A stretch of 64,000 nt of DNA from Bigelowiella natans CCMP2755 (taxonomy: Eukaryota; Protista; Cercozoa): assembly GCA_000320545.1 (NCBI GenBank), contig ADNK01002609.1, positions 1,645-65,644 of the forward strand, in the 5' to 3' direction. The notes under the pieces are model-generated. The model saw nothing but the letters and a program-made list of their open reading frames with translations. It searched no databases and was not told where the DNA came from. The position numbers were made by a program, and so were the translations under genes. The first letter of the stretch is position 1. Every line of letters begins with the position of its first letter. Positions 37,870 to 52,794 of the stretch are shown here, piece by piece.

Positions 37870-39074
37870 ATGTCTACGAGTGTAGCATCCCTGCCTTCGA
37901 CGGGGGGGATGCGGCAGCGTAGACCCGCTGGGAAGGTCCTTCTCGTACTCACAATGCATCAACTCGCCTACCCACATACGCATGTGCAAGAGCGCTTGCC
38001 GAGGGAGGGAGGGAGACAGAGAAGCGGAGAAGACTGAGGAGGTTGATGTGGAAATAAACAATCCTTAATCTATTTTCAGTCCATGTCCCCGGTGATGTCG
38101 GGAATCGAGTGCGTGCGACAAAGATCGTCGGTCTCTCTTTATGGAGGTAGAGAACAGAGATGACGATGATGATAATGAAGATGATGTCATCAGAAGAGAG
38201 AAATACTTACGCGTTTTAAGGGCCACGTGCATGCTCGATATCACGCGGCTAGCACAATTGTACCTATATCCCAGAGGACTTTACTACATCCTAGCAGCCA
38301 TCCACATATTGACCTACTGCCTCTGTGATCAGGAATTGCCACCGGTCTAGCTCTTTGCGTGATCGCGTACCTGATAGTTTACGGTGACCCACCAGAATTC
38401 AAGATAGTGGTATTATCATCGATCTCTACTCCCCACAAACTTCGCAACATGCCGACATCACCATCGTAAGCGCGCACTCTCTTCCCCCTTTGTGTCTTGC
38501 GTCGCTGCGTTGTGTCGAACGCTCTGTTGATGATGTATTTACTCATGCAGCTGCCGATGGAAACTACTGTGAGAGTTGCGACGTGGAACATAGCAGCCAT
38601 AAACAACAACCCGTTCGAATTCTGGTGCGTCGCTATTGATAAAGGGATAATGATAATCATGCTGATGGCCATTATGATGACGACGATGATGATGATGAGG
38701 AGGAGCGATGATATATCACAACCACAGCCTTGCGTGTGTATGATGACCTGCTGCTTTGATCAGGATAACCAACAAAGACCCTCACTATGACATATTGATG
38801 TCTTCAGTACAGCGGTTCATCAACGATCCTGGTGGTTATCATTCTACAAAGAGAGAGAAACAGGGGGGGAGGGGGGGCATAGAGATACAGAGAGAAATAA
38901 CCAATATGAGCCATCTTGCGTTGAGGAGCGATTCTGTGTGGTGCGGAGCAATATTTCTCGATGATGTCCAATTTACCCCCGCCATAAAACAGGGGCGATG
39001 GACGTGGAAGTCGCAGAAGTGTTTACGCCGAAGGTAGTGGGAGCTCGGGACTGGAAGATAAGGAGAACGAAAAT

Positions 39075-39142
<68 letters not shown>

Positions 39143-39477
39143 AAAGAGAAAGTTTATCAGATCTATATACTACTGCTACACTACTTACACTACTGCAAGT
39201 GGCATTTGCTTCGCAGTCTTCTTTTCATCAAGACTCACACAAATGCATGTTCAGATGCTGAATGAGCTCCGTTTTGAGATGCAGAAAATGGGCTGGCAGG
39301 TTAGTTGTCGTTGTTGTAGTCATCGCTATTGTTGCTGAACATGTGTGCTTCTTACTCATACGCACTATCGTGTGTGCTCTTCTCTACTGGCGTGCAGGGA
39401 GTTGATGAAGCAATTACAACCTTTCATAAGGAATTCAAGGTTGTGGCCGGTTACACTTGATAGAAACTGACCACACT

Positions 39478-39519
<42 letters not shown>

Positions 39520-39950
39520 GATATAGATGTAAGCATTGTATTTATTATGTGCATGTGCTCTCCCAACATGATGCCCTCACCTGCACGCCGTGATCTCCCC
39601 ATATTGAACGACGCCTGACCGTTATCTCGTCGTTGTCGTCATCGTCTTCGTTGTCGTGTAAATACTACTCTATCTATCACGTAGCCCCGGAAGATAGTCA
39701 GCGACTTCCTCAAAGACCCCACGCTGGGCGCTAAGAGACTCGTAATATATGCTTCCGAACGCAACGAAAGCTGAACGTTTCGATGCTTTATGCATGCTAC
39801 ATACCCACAATCTCCAAAAGCACATTTTCTAGGAATAGAACCCTGCATGATTTCCTTCGGTGCCACAGCGCCTCCGCCTTACAATCTTCAACCGCTTTGC
39901 CTTGCCAAAAAGACGGAGTCTTTGTTCCAAGGGGCGATGATCGTGGAGGA

Positions 39951-39983
<33 letters not shown>

Positions 39984-40421
39984 AATGATGATAACAAGGA
40001 ACAGTAGCACAAGTTCCATGTTGCGGTTTTCTTTGATAGCTGATTGTTTTCTTCTTGTTGTTGTTTTGTTGTTTTGTTGTTGTGGTGGCATTAGATATCC
40101 ATGCCTGATAGAATTACAAACACTTTAAACCTACCGAACGGCCAAAAGGTAATTAAAGACAATATCACGATGGTGGTGGTGGTGGCGATAATGATGATGT
40201 TGTATGAAATATCCAGAACACGTTGTACAGTAATTCTGTATTGATTAATTAACAGCTACATCGTCCCACCGTCATCAACTGCTATGCGGGCTATTTCGAC
40301 TCCGTTGAATCGTAACTTTCTCTAATGATAACGAGTCTATACTCCCCTCCCCCCCCCCCCCCCCCCCCCTTTCCGCCACCCTAGCTCTTTGGGAATGCAT
40401 GATGCTGAGAATAATAAGGCG

Positions 40422-40465
<44 letters not shown>

Positions 40466-41864
40466 GTGTGTGTGATTATTGTGTGTGCGGGTAGATGGTG
40501 GAGGCAATGGAAGAAGTTCATGTTTGAGACAAATGTAAACGTTGGGTCTGGTAATGATAGCTAATGTTCCGGTGCTGTTTGATGTCTGTCTGTGCGTGCA
40601 TGCGCGCGCGTGTGTGTTGGTGCTTGTGGAAATCTATTCAAGCGCTATCAAAAGAGTGTTTGTGAACAAAATAGAAACGTATCCAGTTTTGGTGCCCAAT
40701 CGTATCAGTATCATTGATGCAACGAATTCAAATATCTCTGATATCATCTCCATATCCCATCATCCTCATCAATCGACGTCATCATCATCATCGTCGTCGT
40801 CGTCATCACCATCAACATCAACATCGTCGCCCAGAAGTTGTTGGTTGTGTTGTACAGAAGAACGGAAGGTCGCACAGTTGCTGACGAAGATCAATCACTT
40901 CAAGTAAGCAGCCGACACTTCAAATCGTCATCATCACCATCATCGTCATCGCCACCATGACACAAACGACGAGCTATTAGCGCGCTGCTTGATATGTGCT
41001 CTTGCTCGCTTGAGTCGCTGATGGCTACACACACACACACACACACACATTCTTATGCGGGTTTCTATTCTTCAACCAACCACTTATATAAAGGTATCCG
41101 GCGTTGTCTCAGGATGAAAGCAGGATAAGCCTACCCCTGCAGGTATTGTTTCACTAGCATAGAGCACGATCGCAACACCACACACGATCTCTGTCCTATG
41201 AACGGTTGATACCTCTTTGAGTTCTCCCTCCTCCTATTCCTCCTCCCCCCCCTCCCCCCCCTCCCCCCCTTCCTCTTGCAGACTATCGCAATTGCCATCT
41301 TCGACTCAATTCTAGTTCACATGGTAGTTGCAGTAAGTAGTAGTAATATGCCATTAAAAATGTATCTGCCTATGGCCACTACAATGGTGCTGTGTTCGCA
41401 GATGTCGGTGAGATTACTGCTCGATTGTGGAAAAAAGGAGGAGCTCTCCAGGATGTTGTAGATTTGTGGTTCGCAAGTGCGTGCGTGCGTGCGTCGTCGT
41501 TGTCGCTGCCGTTGTCGTGTTCTTCTTGCGTACTACTTTGAGAATATTACTAACATTGTTGGCCAGATGCAGCGGGTCTCGCCTGGCAAATGGCATGAGC
41601 TTCGAACGACGATGTGTCGGAGTTTGAACAAGAATAAGGTATCAGACAATGGGATGTGTGTTGTGATGCTGTCGTCGCCGTCGTCGTCAATGATGATGAT
41701 GATGATGCTGATGATGATGCTGATGATGATGCTGATGATAATGATGGTAATCATCTTGCGGTGATATTCGTTTCCCCAGAATCATATTAGGCATTGATTC
41801 GTCATTCTTTATTTTTCACCCCCCCCCCCCTCTCTCTTTCTCTCCTTCCTTCTCCATATTTATA

Positions 41865-41905
<41 letters not shown>

Positions 41906-42392
41906 CCCCTTTCATGTGATTCGTCCTTCTTTTTCTTTTTCGCCACATATATGTGTTCTATGCATCATCCCCATCATCATCACCATCACCATGCTTCTTT
42001 GTTTTGAATATGCAAATTGCAGACGCCGCGCACACTAGAGATTCTCCGAACAGAGTGAGAACGAACCGGCATCTTTCCTCCCCTTCACACACGCACATAT
42101 ACTACCCAAGAAAATTAAAATGTATCTTCCACGTAAGATTTGAAAGTAAGTGTGTGTGTGTGTGTGTGTGCTGCGGCGCAGATATGGCCAGAACGACATT
42201 ATCTTCATTCAAGAAGCGTCCTCCGCCTTCGTCTTAGCGGCCTCGGTAGATGGTTTGATGATGGATGGGTGATGCCGGTGAAACCGACAGGGAAGAGCAT
42301 CCCTGCGGCCACCTCTTCCTCTTTCCAACCACACCACCACCTCAACTTTGCATGCGGGGATTGGGGATGACACGGGCACTGGTTATGTTTGT

Positions 42393-42436
<44 letters not shown>

Positions 42437-43780
42437 CTTGTTTTCAAAACGATGTTAGCTATTACAACCAAAATATCTGCGGCACATTCGCAGCCCTTCT
42501 CACTTGCAAACCATCCATATACTGTCAGAGGGATGATCATATAAGCGCTGAGTATCACGTCGTTTCCCCCGCTCGAATGGTGAGTTTGCTGCGTCTGTCG
42601 GTCTTCGTGTATCGTTCGTAATCATCGTGCAAAATGAGGGAAAATAGGAGGAGGCTTTCGTATTCTACAACATTGTTTCATCGCTGCGATTTTTTACCCG
42701 CGGCATCAGTATCTTACCACCAGCATAATCATCATCATCATCACCGTCATCGTTATCATCATCATCGTTATCATCATCTTCATCGTCATCGTCATCATCG
42801 TCAGGATCCGAAAAGAGACCAAAACTCCCTCATCTTTCTGAGAAGGTAGTAGAAATTACCATGACTTGGCCAAATATGTATTATATATATTGTTTGTTTG
42901 TGTGTGTGTGTGTGTGTGTGTGCCTTTCCGTCGTTAACATCTTCATTGATAACAAACTACTCAAGACGCTCCTTCAAGTTTCACTCAATGCGAGAGATCA
43001 CTGAAATTGTAAAGGTAGTAGTGAAGAATCGCTCTCCTCCTCCTCCTCCTCCTCCTCCTCCTCCTCCTTCTCCTTCTCCTCACCTCCCTATTTCCCGCAT
43101 CATTATAGCTAGCATTCGCTCTCAAGCCCTGTCTTCTGAGACTGCAGTGTCATTTTATGTTGTAATTGGGCGATATGCTACTGCTGCTGCCGCTGATAAT
43201 AATAATAATTATTTAATTGATTGATTGATTGATTGATTGATTGATAGGAGGAGTTGTCCAAGAATGGGGAGAAAGTGCCGGTTTCCGATGGCGACATCTT
43301 TGCTATTAGGTTGTGTACTTTATATGCGTGAGAGGCGAGGGGGGGGAGAGGTGGGTTCTGGTGGAGAAGTGCGTTCGTTGTTGTGTGTGTGTGTGTGTGT
43401 GTTTGTCATTACTCCTCCTCCTCCTCCTCCTCCTCCTCCTCCTCCCATTCTTCTCCTGTTGTTCAACTCTTCTCTCCCCCCCCCCCCTTTCCTCCTTCTC
43501 TCCAGGGCGCTCGATAACTTTGGAAGGAAATATATCCTCGCGTAATACCTACTAACACAGCAATAGCACAGAGATGCCTGCACAGCGCACAAATGACGCC
43601 ACATATCTTACGGCGCGTATTGTCTCTCAACCTGCTGCTGTCTGTCTGTTGTGCTTCTTCTTCTTCTTCGAGAAAAGGTCGTTCCACGGGGATACAAACG
43701 GCTTGGCCACGATTCCAGTCGTATCCGCGGTTGATAAGGTCTGCACGCACGCACTAGGGAGAGATGGGATGTAGTATTCG

Positions 43781-43814
<34 letters not shown>

Positions 43815-43944
43815 CTGTGTTGTAGTTGCTGCGCTAGTAGGAGTAGTAGTAGTAAGAAGAAGAAGATACTGAGGCTGTAGCATATGTTTATATACTACAT
43901 ATCACCTATGTGATGGAAATTCCGAAGATGGCGATGATAATGAC

Positions 43945-43978
<34 letters not shown>

Positions 43979-44318
43979 GTGATTCTAGTGTGATTCTAGT
44001 GTGATTCTTGCCTCAGTAGCAACAACAAAAACAACAACAACAACAACAACAAAACTAACAATAACAGCTACAACTACTACATCTGCTGCCACTGCTCCTT
44101 CTTGTCACCATTCGCCATCATCAATCATGAGCCCATCGTCCCCTTCTACCATTTTTATGCATATGCAGAGTGTTATGAAGATGGAGGGCCGGCATCGACT
44201 AATCTTCGGGCTTGACGCAAATACGTGCTACAAACACCATCATATCGGATAGCAATAATACACATACTGAACATGCACACGGAATTCCCTCCCCCCTCCC
44301 TCCCTCCTCCTTCTACAC

Positions 44319-44354
<36 letters not shown>

Positions 44355-44602
44355 TAAAGGTATGAAAGGGGCAACCGGAAACGGCAGGATATGAACGAAT
44401 TTGTCCAGGTCTCGAAACAAATACGCAGCACAGACGCTTGTTGTTGTCGTGACTTTGCACCCTCTTTGGAAGATGTGAGCTTCCGTTCGGTTACTGCTTT
44501 GCTGAGCGCACACAGGCACACTCGTACAACAACACACATTAGATTCTCATTGCTTGTTGTGTTTTGTCGTGCTGTCGCTGCTGCTGCTGCTACTGCTATA
44601 TG

Positions 44603-44639
<37 letters not shown>

Positions 44640-45094
44640 GGCTGCAGCACTACCGCTCCCTCGGAATACGATCATGCTGGGGTATATCTTATTCAACGCT
44701 TTCGATGCGAAATCCATCCAAATCTGCCAGTCTTTGCCAAGAGAACTGATCTTAGACGAGACCATCGTTGTTTCCTTTTTGTGCTCCGCGTCACTGCCCG
44801 CCAGACCAAAATCGCCAGTGCTTTTCAGTACATCATTTCGCTTTCTACATTCGTTCTCCAGCAGCAGCATTATCATATCCGGGTGTGCTAATACTGCGGT
44901 GTTTGCTGCTTATGTGAAAGGCGGCCGGCCAAAGGCGAACAACTATACTACGTATAACGCCAGAACGTATCTGCAACCTCAGTAGAGGGGGAGGGGGAGG
45001 GGGAGAGAGTGCCAGAGAACATTGCCTGATTACGATCTCTTTGCAGCTGAATAAAGCATCCAAAAAGAGCGAATTTGTCGAAAAAGGTAGTAGT

Positions 45095-45125
<31 letters not shown>

Positions 45126-46152
45126 TTAAGTATTAGTGGTGGTGGTGGTGAGAAAGCAGTCATTGTAGTGGTCATCATCATCTTTCTCCCTCGGTCTCTT
45201 GGGAGTGCTATCATTTCCATTCTATTCTCTCAATGCGTACGCGCTTGTGCGGGAAATCTCATATTAGGCGACAGAAATCCAAAGGACTTCATCTTGTTTT
45301 ACAAGGGGGACTTTCAGGTAGAAACTCGCTCCCGAAACATCGACACGACATCTGCCATGTATTAGTTTTGTAGTAGGCGTTTCATGGAGAAGTATCGTCG
45401 ATGAATCTCGATAATGCTAACTGTGGTGTGAAATGTCTCAGGAGTTCGGAACGACGAAAGACAACACCGGGAATAAAAAGTAGTTGCGTGCAGCACAAAC
45501 AGAAGAAAGAACGTGGAGAAGAAGAAGAAGAAGAAGAAGAAGAAGAAGAAGAGTGCTGTATCAATAGGATGCATTGCCATAAAACGCGTATCGATAATAC
45601 TCGCCTCAAACTCGAGACGCTACAATATCATCCTCCTAAAACTTTTGTGCGCTTTTTGTACCGACGAATTTCCATTCTCGAGGCAATGCAGCACTACCCA
45701 TCATCATCATCATCATCATCACCGTGATCTGTCGCTCAATAGTGCATTTATATAACGTAGGTACATCGAAGACATGGTAATACAAAGCTATATCCTTTTT
45801 CGGGTGTCGGAGGAGCAGCTACCGATCCTTTTTCTTTCCAGTTTTTTGTGATGGGCATCCTGTTTCCTTTAATAGTGTAACGAGAACAAGCATGTATGGG
45901 GTGGCGAGGGGGGGGGGGGGGGGGTAGAAAGCAGCAAGGAAGCATGCAGATGAAAATGTGCCGACTTGCATGCACCATTTTCTGTTTCAATGTTCTTCGT
46001 TGTATCATCTAGGAAGTAATGTGTACATCTTCTGTCCTTTACAGGTGTTCCCCACCCTCGCCTTCCCGTCGGACCATGCGGTTCTCTCCACGACTCTGGC
46101 AATTTTGAAGGACGACGACCGCCAAGATGACGGCGACGACGATGATGAGTGA
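37870..46152 (+). CDS. Endonuclease/exonuclease/phosphatase (EEP, DNase I-like) superfamily protein with many small exons
   Basis: Spliced exons give RVATWNIAAINNNPFEFW, KRLISMPDRITNT, DIIFIQEAS, LASFHGDTNG, LIFGLDANT, YTTYNARTYLQPQLNKA, DRNPKDFILF, FPTLAFPSDHAVLSTTL, the canonical order of EEP catalytic motifs. Confidence 0.7.
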
Positions 46153-46591
46153 CATCTGTCGTGTGCGCGCACGCTGCGATCGGTGCATCTGTACTCTGCG
46201 CTGTTGCGAAACCATATGGGCAATGCGAGAGGGATTTGTTCAATTGTCATCCTGATGTAGCCATGTAAAGCCCCACATAAACAACTAAGTCAGCATACAC
46301 ACCGTCGCATGCATAGCACGCACCTCGATCTCATGCATGTGTATATGTGGTCAATTAGCACCAAAGCAGCTGCACGCAGCCGCTGACGACTACAGGCATG
46401 GGACAGCACGACAAACGCTATCGTTCGCGTCATTAGCATCATGCGTGTTGCAATACATCGAGTACGTAAGCCAGATGTGACTAGACATATCTACATATGG
46501 CACCATGCATGCCCATAATCGCCTACCCCATCGTCTAGACCATGTGAGACGGATGTAATGAAATGTTTAATTTTTTTCAATCGTCTAGACC

Positions 46592-46636
<45 letters not shown>

Positions 46637-46828
46637 TGCAACGTTTGCATCAGCTGCAGCATACATGCTACAAGCTTGGAGCACGCACACGGTCTACAGC
46701 TGCGTATTTAACTAATTTGAGGGGACAATGCTCGTCATCACTTTCTCACGAATTCACCTTGGGAGCAAGCGTCTTGCCAGCTGCGGGCGAGGTTGCAGCA
46801 CTCTGAGTGAATAAAATTATAGTCATCA

Positions 46829-46874
<46 letters not shown>

Positions 46875-46920
46875 CGCGTAAAGCGACGACGCGACGATAA
46901 AATCAAGGCAGGGATAAACC

Positions 46921-46958
<38 letters not shown>

Positions 46959-46959
46959 T

Positions 46960-47831
46960 AACTTTCTGCTTGTTAGCAGTCTCCTTATTCTTCTGCTGTT
47001 GTTCCTTCTTCTCCGCTCTCCTCGCTGCGTACTTCGCCCGTCTCCCCTCCCACTGAGAAACACCATTTGGAATACATCATCGTCGATCAACAATGCTGCT
47101 CTGATTTGAAAGCGCATCTAACAAGTGCAGTGGGATTTCGAGCAAACAAACCAACGAAGCACAACCCTCAATCGGCACGAACAGCTAGCTAGGTCATATT
47201 TTGTTGGCGTGCTGATGAACGATGGTGGGGTGGCATCTTTCAAGATATATCTCCCGTGGCGTTAGCTGCGGAGAAGACGCAAACGACCCATCGATGTGCT
47301 TTCTATCTCCATTTTAACGAATGTAGCGAACGGTGATGGATCGCATATAGCGGCAGCAGCAGCAGCAGCAGCAGCACCTCGTAGTTGAAGAGCATGTGTT
47401 TGAACCACATTCCTTCTGACCATAACGTGAGCGTCTCTCCGCGAATGCCCCAATCATCGTCGCCCTCCCCCTCCCTCTGTTGCTCCTCCGACGGCTTTTT
47501 TGGCTGTGATAAGAGGCGGGGCAGTAAATGTGCGTGCGTGTTTTGCGTGTGTTTGTTCGAATGTAAAGAGGAATACCGTGCGTGAAAGCTTCTTCTTCAC
47601 AGCCTTGACAGCCTTGACTTCTTCATTTGCAGGAGTAGTAGACACAGCGTTGTTGTTCTCACCAGTGTCCATTTTCATCATTGCATTAGCAGCTCCCACG
47701 GCAGCATTCTTCTTCTTTTCAGCGGACAATCTGCGACTGTTGCTGCTGCTGCTGCCTCCGGACTTGCGACGCTTCGGTTTCTTTTGCGATGATGACGTAT
47801 CTTTCTTGACCTGTGAAAAGAGCGTGCATGC

Positions 47832-47876
<45 letters not shown>

Positions 47877-49275
47877 AGTGCGCGACTTTTAGCCCCGGGT
47901 AAGCAAAGGTTGGCTGCTGAGGATATCGTTCATGGTTTCCGTTCGCAGCATATATAGCTTGCGGCTGCTGTTGTTACTACGGTTGCTGCTGCTCCTGCTG
48001 CTGGCTGATGGTGGCGGTGGTGGTGGTGGAGATGGTGTTTCTGCTGCAGCCATAAGATGTTCGGAATCTCGATATTTGAAAGGATGAAAGGCTGTGTGCA
48101 CGAAAAATTGGTTTAAAATTCAACATCGCCAGGCTCCTTCTTCTTCGTCTTCTTCTTTTTCATACTACTACTACTACTACTACTATAACTACTCCTACTG
48201 ACTTTCGTAGAAGTAGGCGTGCTAGCGCTGGTTCTCTCCCTTTTGGGGTCTCTCTGAGTGAAGATCGACACAGTCGATAGGGAGGAGGTAGAAGAAGAGG
48301 AAGAAGAGGGGAAAGAGGGGTGCAGCAGGTTAGCGTCAGTAACAACAAGCTGTGATTAAGCCGCCACCAAGATATTTTCTCGTGGGTAATAAATGCGTTT
48401 TGCTGATTGGGGACTCTCTCTCTGTCTCTCTCTCTCTCTGTGCGTGTGTTTGTATGCACACGTGTATTTAGTGAGCAAATGTACCTGTATATTATAGACT
48501 TGGTGTTTTTTGCGGTTACGTTTCCGAGTGGGCTGATGAGAGTTATGATTCCCCTGATGATAGAGCAAAGTACTAATAACGACGTGATGTATGGCGCAAA
48601 AAAACGAGGAGCCTTCTGCTCTCCTAATTATATACCTGGGGACGACGAATTTTATACCCGCACATTTCCGTACCAATCGATCCAACCAACTTGTAGTAAG
48701 GAACCTTCCTTTTCTGCTGCATTAAGAATGGGGGTTTCACACGCATGAGCGCCCAAGCGGTTTGACATGTCAGCGATTCGGTGTAGAAGTGCATGTGTCG
48801 TAGTAGTCATAGCGAACATTTGTCGTCCTCCCCTCCTCCTCCTCCCCATCATACCTTCAATTCATTGATCCGCACGATCGTGGCGAGTTCCCAGGCCTTT
48901 TGATACCACACCTCGCACAGCTCACCAACTTTCCAATCTATTGCTACAGCCATGGCCTCCTCTTGTTTCTCCTCCATTGGCGCAGCCTAGGTGGGTAATG
49001 GTTTATACACATTTCGTGATCGTATCCACAAGTAATTCTCCTGCGAGAATGTGCGCATGTGTGCACGTGCATGTGCGTCTGTGTTATCAAGCGTGTCCAT
49101 TTGTCTGAACGCGACAACAGATATATCTTGAGTAAATTGCCTTTTGAATGGAGATGTTCACGAAGCCCTCATCATTTTCAGTGGTTATTATGCTTTGGGA
49201 ATCTTGTCCCGAAGCGGCAACGACTGGCGGTGCCGCGACGGCATCCTGCTGCTTTGTCTGCTGCTTTGATGACAT
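46960..49275 (-). CDS. Hypothetical spliced protein with a Tudor/Agenet-like N-terminal segment and Lys-rich regions
   Basis: First exon MSSKQQ..ISIQK, then IDWKVGELCEVWYQKAWELATIVRINE and LQVGWIDW (Tudor-like). Later exons are K/S-rich. 3' end approximate. Confidence 0.4.
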
Positions 49276-50234
49276 TCAAACCGATTAGAGACGATGAGAT
49301 AGATGACGAGATCACATATTGCGTGAAGGAAGCTAGTTTACGACACTTAGGTCGATAAATTTGAAAAATGGTGATATGTGCGCACAGCATTGCTGGCGAA
49401 GATACGCCAGAAACAGAGAAATTCACGTGCATATGTCGGTAGCACTCCTCAGTTGTTCGGTTTCACCTCAGCGGTATCTTTCCCGTGTAGCTGCTGCAGT
49501 GAACGTGGTATCAATAGGACGTCACTCTGCGGCCCAGATCCTCCAGCTTTCTTCTTCTCAGTCTCGCCTCCGGGGAAACCCAAGCTCCCCATAACACGAA
49601 CTTTCGGATGAGGGACGAGGTCACGTCTGCCAGTCACTGATCCTAGCAAGGAAGTTTGGGTGGGATATAATCGGTTAATTGAAAAAATTATAAATTTTGT
49701 CAACGTGTGTTGATGGTCGTCAAGTGCCAGCAAGCCAGCCAGAATGATCTCAGAATAATGCTGAAAACATCTAAGAAAAAAAAATCGCACTGTCCAGTCT
49801 CAGATGAGTTGCAGCAGGGACTAGTTTTGTTGATCTTCCAGCGAGAAAGCGCGGGAGAAATTCGTGCTAGCCTTTTCTAGTTTTGACTTCATCTGCAAGT
49901 TGTCGTAGGTATTTGATCGAACCCATTTTTATTCTCAAAACTCTGTGGGCGTTTTTCCAATTAAATTCGTGCGACACGCCCAAACCCGAAGCCAAGGGGC
50001 GCGGAAAAAGGATGTCGTACGGTAGGCTTGAGGCGAGATTTGCAAAAAACTAGCAAAAGTATGGCTAATGTGGTTGTCGTATTTTCGAATTATAGATCTT
50101 TGACGTAATTATCCCCCTTTTTGTGTGATTTTTGTCACTTAATTGCAGAAAACACAGCTCGAAACCTTTGGGCGTTACTCGCTATCCCCCTTAGTGACTC
50201 CATACTCGCCTGGAGATCCACTAAGTAGTAGACC

Positions 50235-50951
50235 ATGGAGAAAAATGGTTCTGTCCCCAATCAACCACCCCCACCAACACTTGTCCAGTATCGGAGCCCC
50301 CTCCAGATCGAGTCTCCAAATGATGAGCCAAGACTGGCAGGAATGGAGGCACTGTTATCCAAGATTCTCCCCGACCGAATGTGGATGAATAAGGGGAATT
50401 TTCACGTACAATACGTTTCTAGTACTCCAGCAACAACTGCAGATGTTAGGAAACTGGAGGAACGCCTTGACAGGGAACTGAAAAAACAGGATGCACACAA
50501 TATAGGAGTATGTAACGTGCGGTCCCGCTTGCACGAACAAGCCTTCGATGAGATCATACGTCAGGTCACCATCACATGTGACGCACGCGGAACATTGTTG
50601 AAGAGGCTTCACGAGGAAATCAGGAAGCGGATACAGACTTATGAAACACTCTTCCAGAGTTCAAACTCTTACGGAGTCAGGTCAACCCTGAGGGGCAATA
50701 GCCACAAGGAAAAAATTAGAAATCGCATACAGGAGTTGGAGAGGGAAAATAAGCAGTTGGAATTAGATATTGAAAGACAAATGGCCAAAAGGGCGCAAAT
50801 TGAGGCGAAGAATAAAGAAGAGACTCTGAAAGTGAAACAGTCCCACGTCGAACAAGTACAGCAAGCCCGCGAAAAATATGATGCGCTTATGGTTGCTTAC
50901 ACAGATAAGGTTAGGGTGAGTTTCGAAGATAAAAGGAAAAAGAGGAGGTAG
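50235..50951 (+). CDS. DNALI1: Axonemal inner-arm dynein light intermediate chain p28 (Ax_dynein_light family), intronless
   Basis: ILPDRMW..QYVSSTPATTADVRKLEERLD..GVCNVRSRLHEQAFDEIIRQVTITCDARGTLLKRL..TYETLFQSSNSYGVR followed by coiled coil. Confidence 0.9.
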   Translation: MEKNGSVPNQPPPPTLVQYRSPLQIESPNDEPRLAGMEALLSKILPDRMWMNKGNFHVQYVSSTPATTADVRKLEERLDRELKKQDAHNIGVCNVRSRLHEQAFDEIIRQVTITCDARGTLLKRLHEEIRKRIQTYETLFQSSNSYGVRSTLRGNSHKEKIRNRIQELERENKQLELDIERQMAKRAQIEAKNKEETLKVKQSHVEQVQQAREKYDALMVAYTDKVRVSFEDKRKKRR

Positions 50952-51729
50952 TACCTCATTGGGCATCGTGTATGAAATTTAATACTCACAAGAACGAGGT
51001 AGCAAAAACTAATTCATAATGAAGCGAGTGAGGGGGGAAGTAGCAGGGTCATGCGACATGTACTTCCGTGTGTAGGTATATGTATATACACATCATCCGA
51101 AACCAATTAGCTGCCATTATGGATCGCAGTGACGACACCATTGATTAACACCAGCTGAAAGAGAAGCCCGCACCGCTGCGCGACGCATGTTTTCAATTGC
51201 ATTAAGCACATAATTTAGATAAGAATAGCTAAAACAAACAGATATAATGAAAGCGTTGTGCGTAGCCGCTCGCTGCTCTGCATAGCTACATTAGGATGGC
51301 CATAGGCTAGATTTAATTGCATCATAACATACGTTTCATGCACATATTTGTGTAGTGCGACACGATGCTATATAATGTCGTATGTCTAAATTGATGCACC
51401 GTTGCCATGCCACGCGCGCATGAGCGTAATTATTACGCATGCTATATATATGCTGCTACATTGCTGCAAGTCGCCGTGCATGCCTAACTAGCATAGCTTG
51501 AATGTATGTATCTTCCCTTGTTACATATCACATGAGAGCATCGCGTAGCATGGATGGCTAACTTTTATCATTTATAAGAGATCTTAATTTACTTCAAAAT
51601 AACAAGGTGAAACCGGGCACCATATCGTCTAGATACAGCGACAGTTGAAAATATTTACAGTTTAAAATTTGAACGGCAGCCATGAAAACTTTCTGGGGTA
51701 TACAACTACTGCTTATTCTCAACCCTCTG

Positions 51730-52754
51730 CTACCCTTCAAGCTCGTCGAAAACAGAGCGAATGTGCTTCATATCCTGCGCCGCGAATTTTATGTCAGAGA
51801 TCTTGCAAATTAATCTCACCCGTCGTTTCGACATCAGCTTCGCTCTGGTGACGGAAACAAGGCCGTTCTCTGACAGTCCTGTGATCAGGTCAATGAACTG
51901 GGGATGTGAGGGATTGCATGATTTTAAGGTTGGCAGGCGGCTCGCGATGCGGCCGTTGGAGAACCCCTTGAACCACTTGGTGAATCGCGCGATGGTCACG
52001 TCTTTGCTTTTGTATATTTGGTGGTAAAATGCGAAAAGAGTGAGGAGCATCTTCTCCTGGATCGGAAGGGCTTTGATGCGAGAGACGTACTCCGACCCCA
52101 TCGAGCCGCTCAGCACGCGAGCCATGATGGATATGGTCACTTTTCCGCCATCACTATTTTCGTCTTGTTCTTCAGCGATCACTTGGTCGAGGCATTGCCT
52201 GATGTGAAGGAGGCAGTATATACACGACTACTCAGCCATGCGAAAATGGGGGCGGGGGAGGGGGGCGACCAAGAACGAAAAGGGGTTGGCTTGTCATGCT
52301 TTCTCTCGCTTACTTACCGGCAGATATCCATGCACTTTCGCACATCGCCTGAAACAGCAGAAACCTAGTCGAAAAGGGAGAGGAGTAGGGGCAAACTATC
52401 AGTGGAAAATTCTTCAAAGCCTGCCATGCCTCTACGAGAAACTGAAGTAAGAGAATTAGACCTTTCGAGCGCAGAATTGTAGGGCTCTGTCGTCAAAGAA
52501 GCTCTCCTCCTCCTCATCCTTTTCGTCATCTTCATCGTCATCACTGTCATCATCTTCTGCTTTCTTATTTGTTGTAGCAGCTATGCGCCGAGGAAGAACG
52601 GATTCAAAGCGAGCTCGAACGATATCAGAGAGTTCGGTGTGTGTGTAGGGCCTAAACACGAGCAGCTTTGGCTCGCAGGAGCGCGCGCGCAAACGTGGGA
52701 GGAACCGGTCGGTCAAGTCGATGTTATTCGATATTCCTGAAAGTGCATAACACA

Positions 52755-52794
<40 letters not shown>

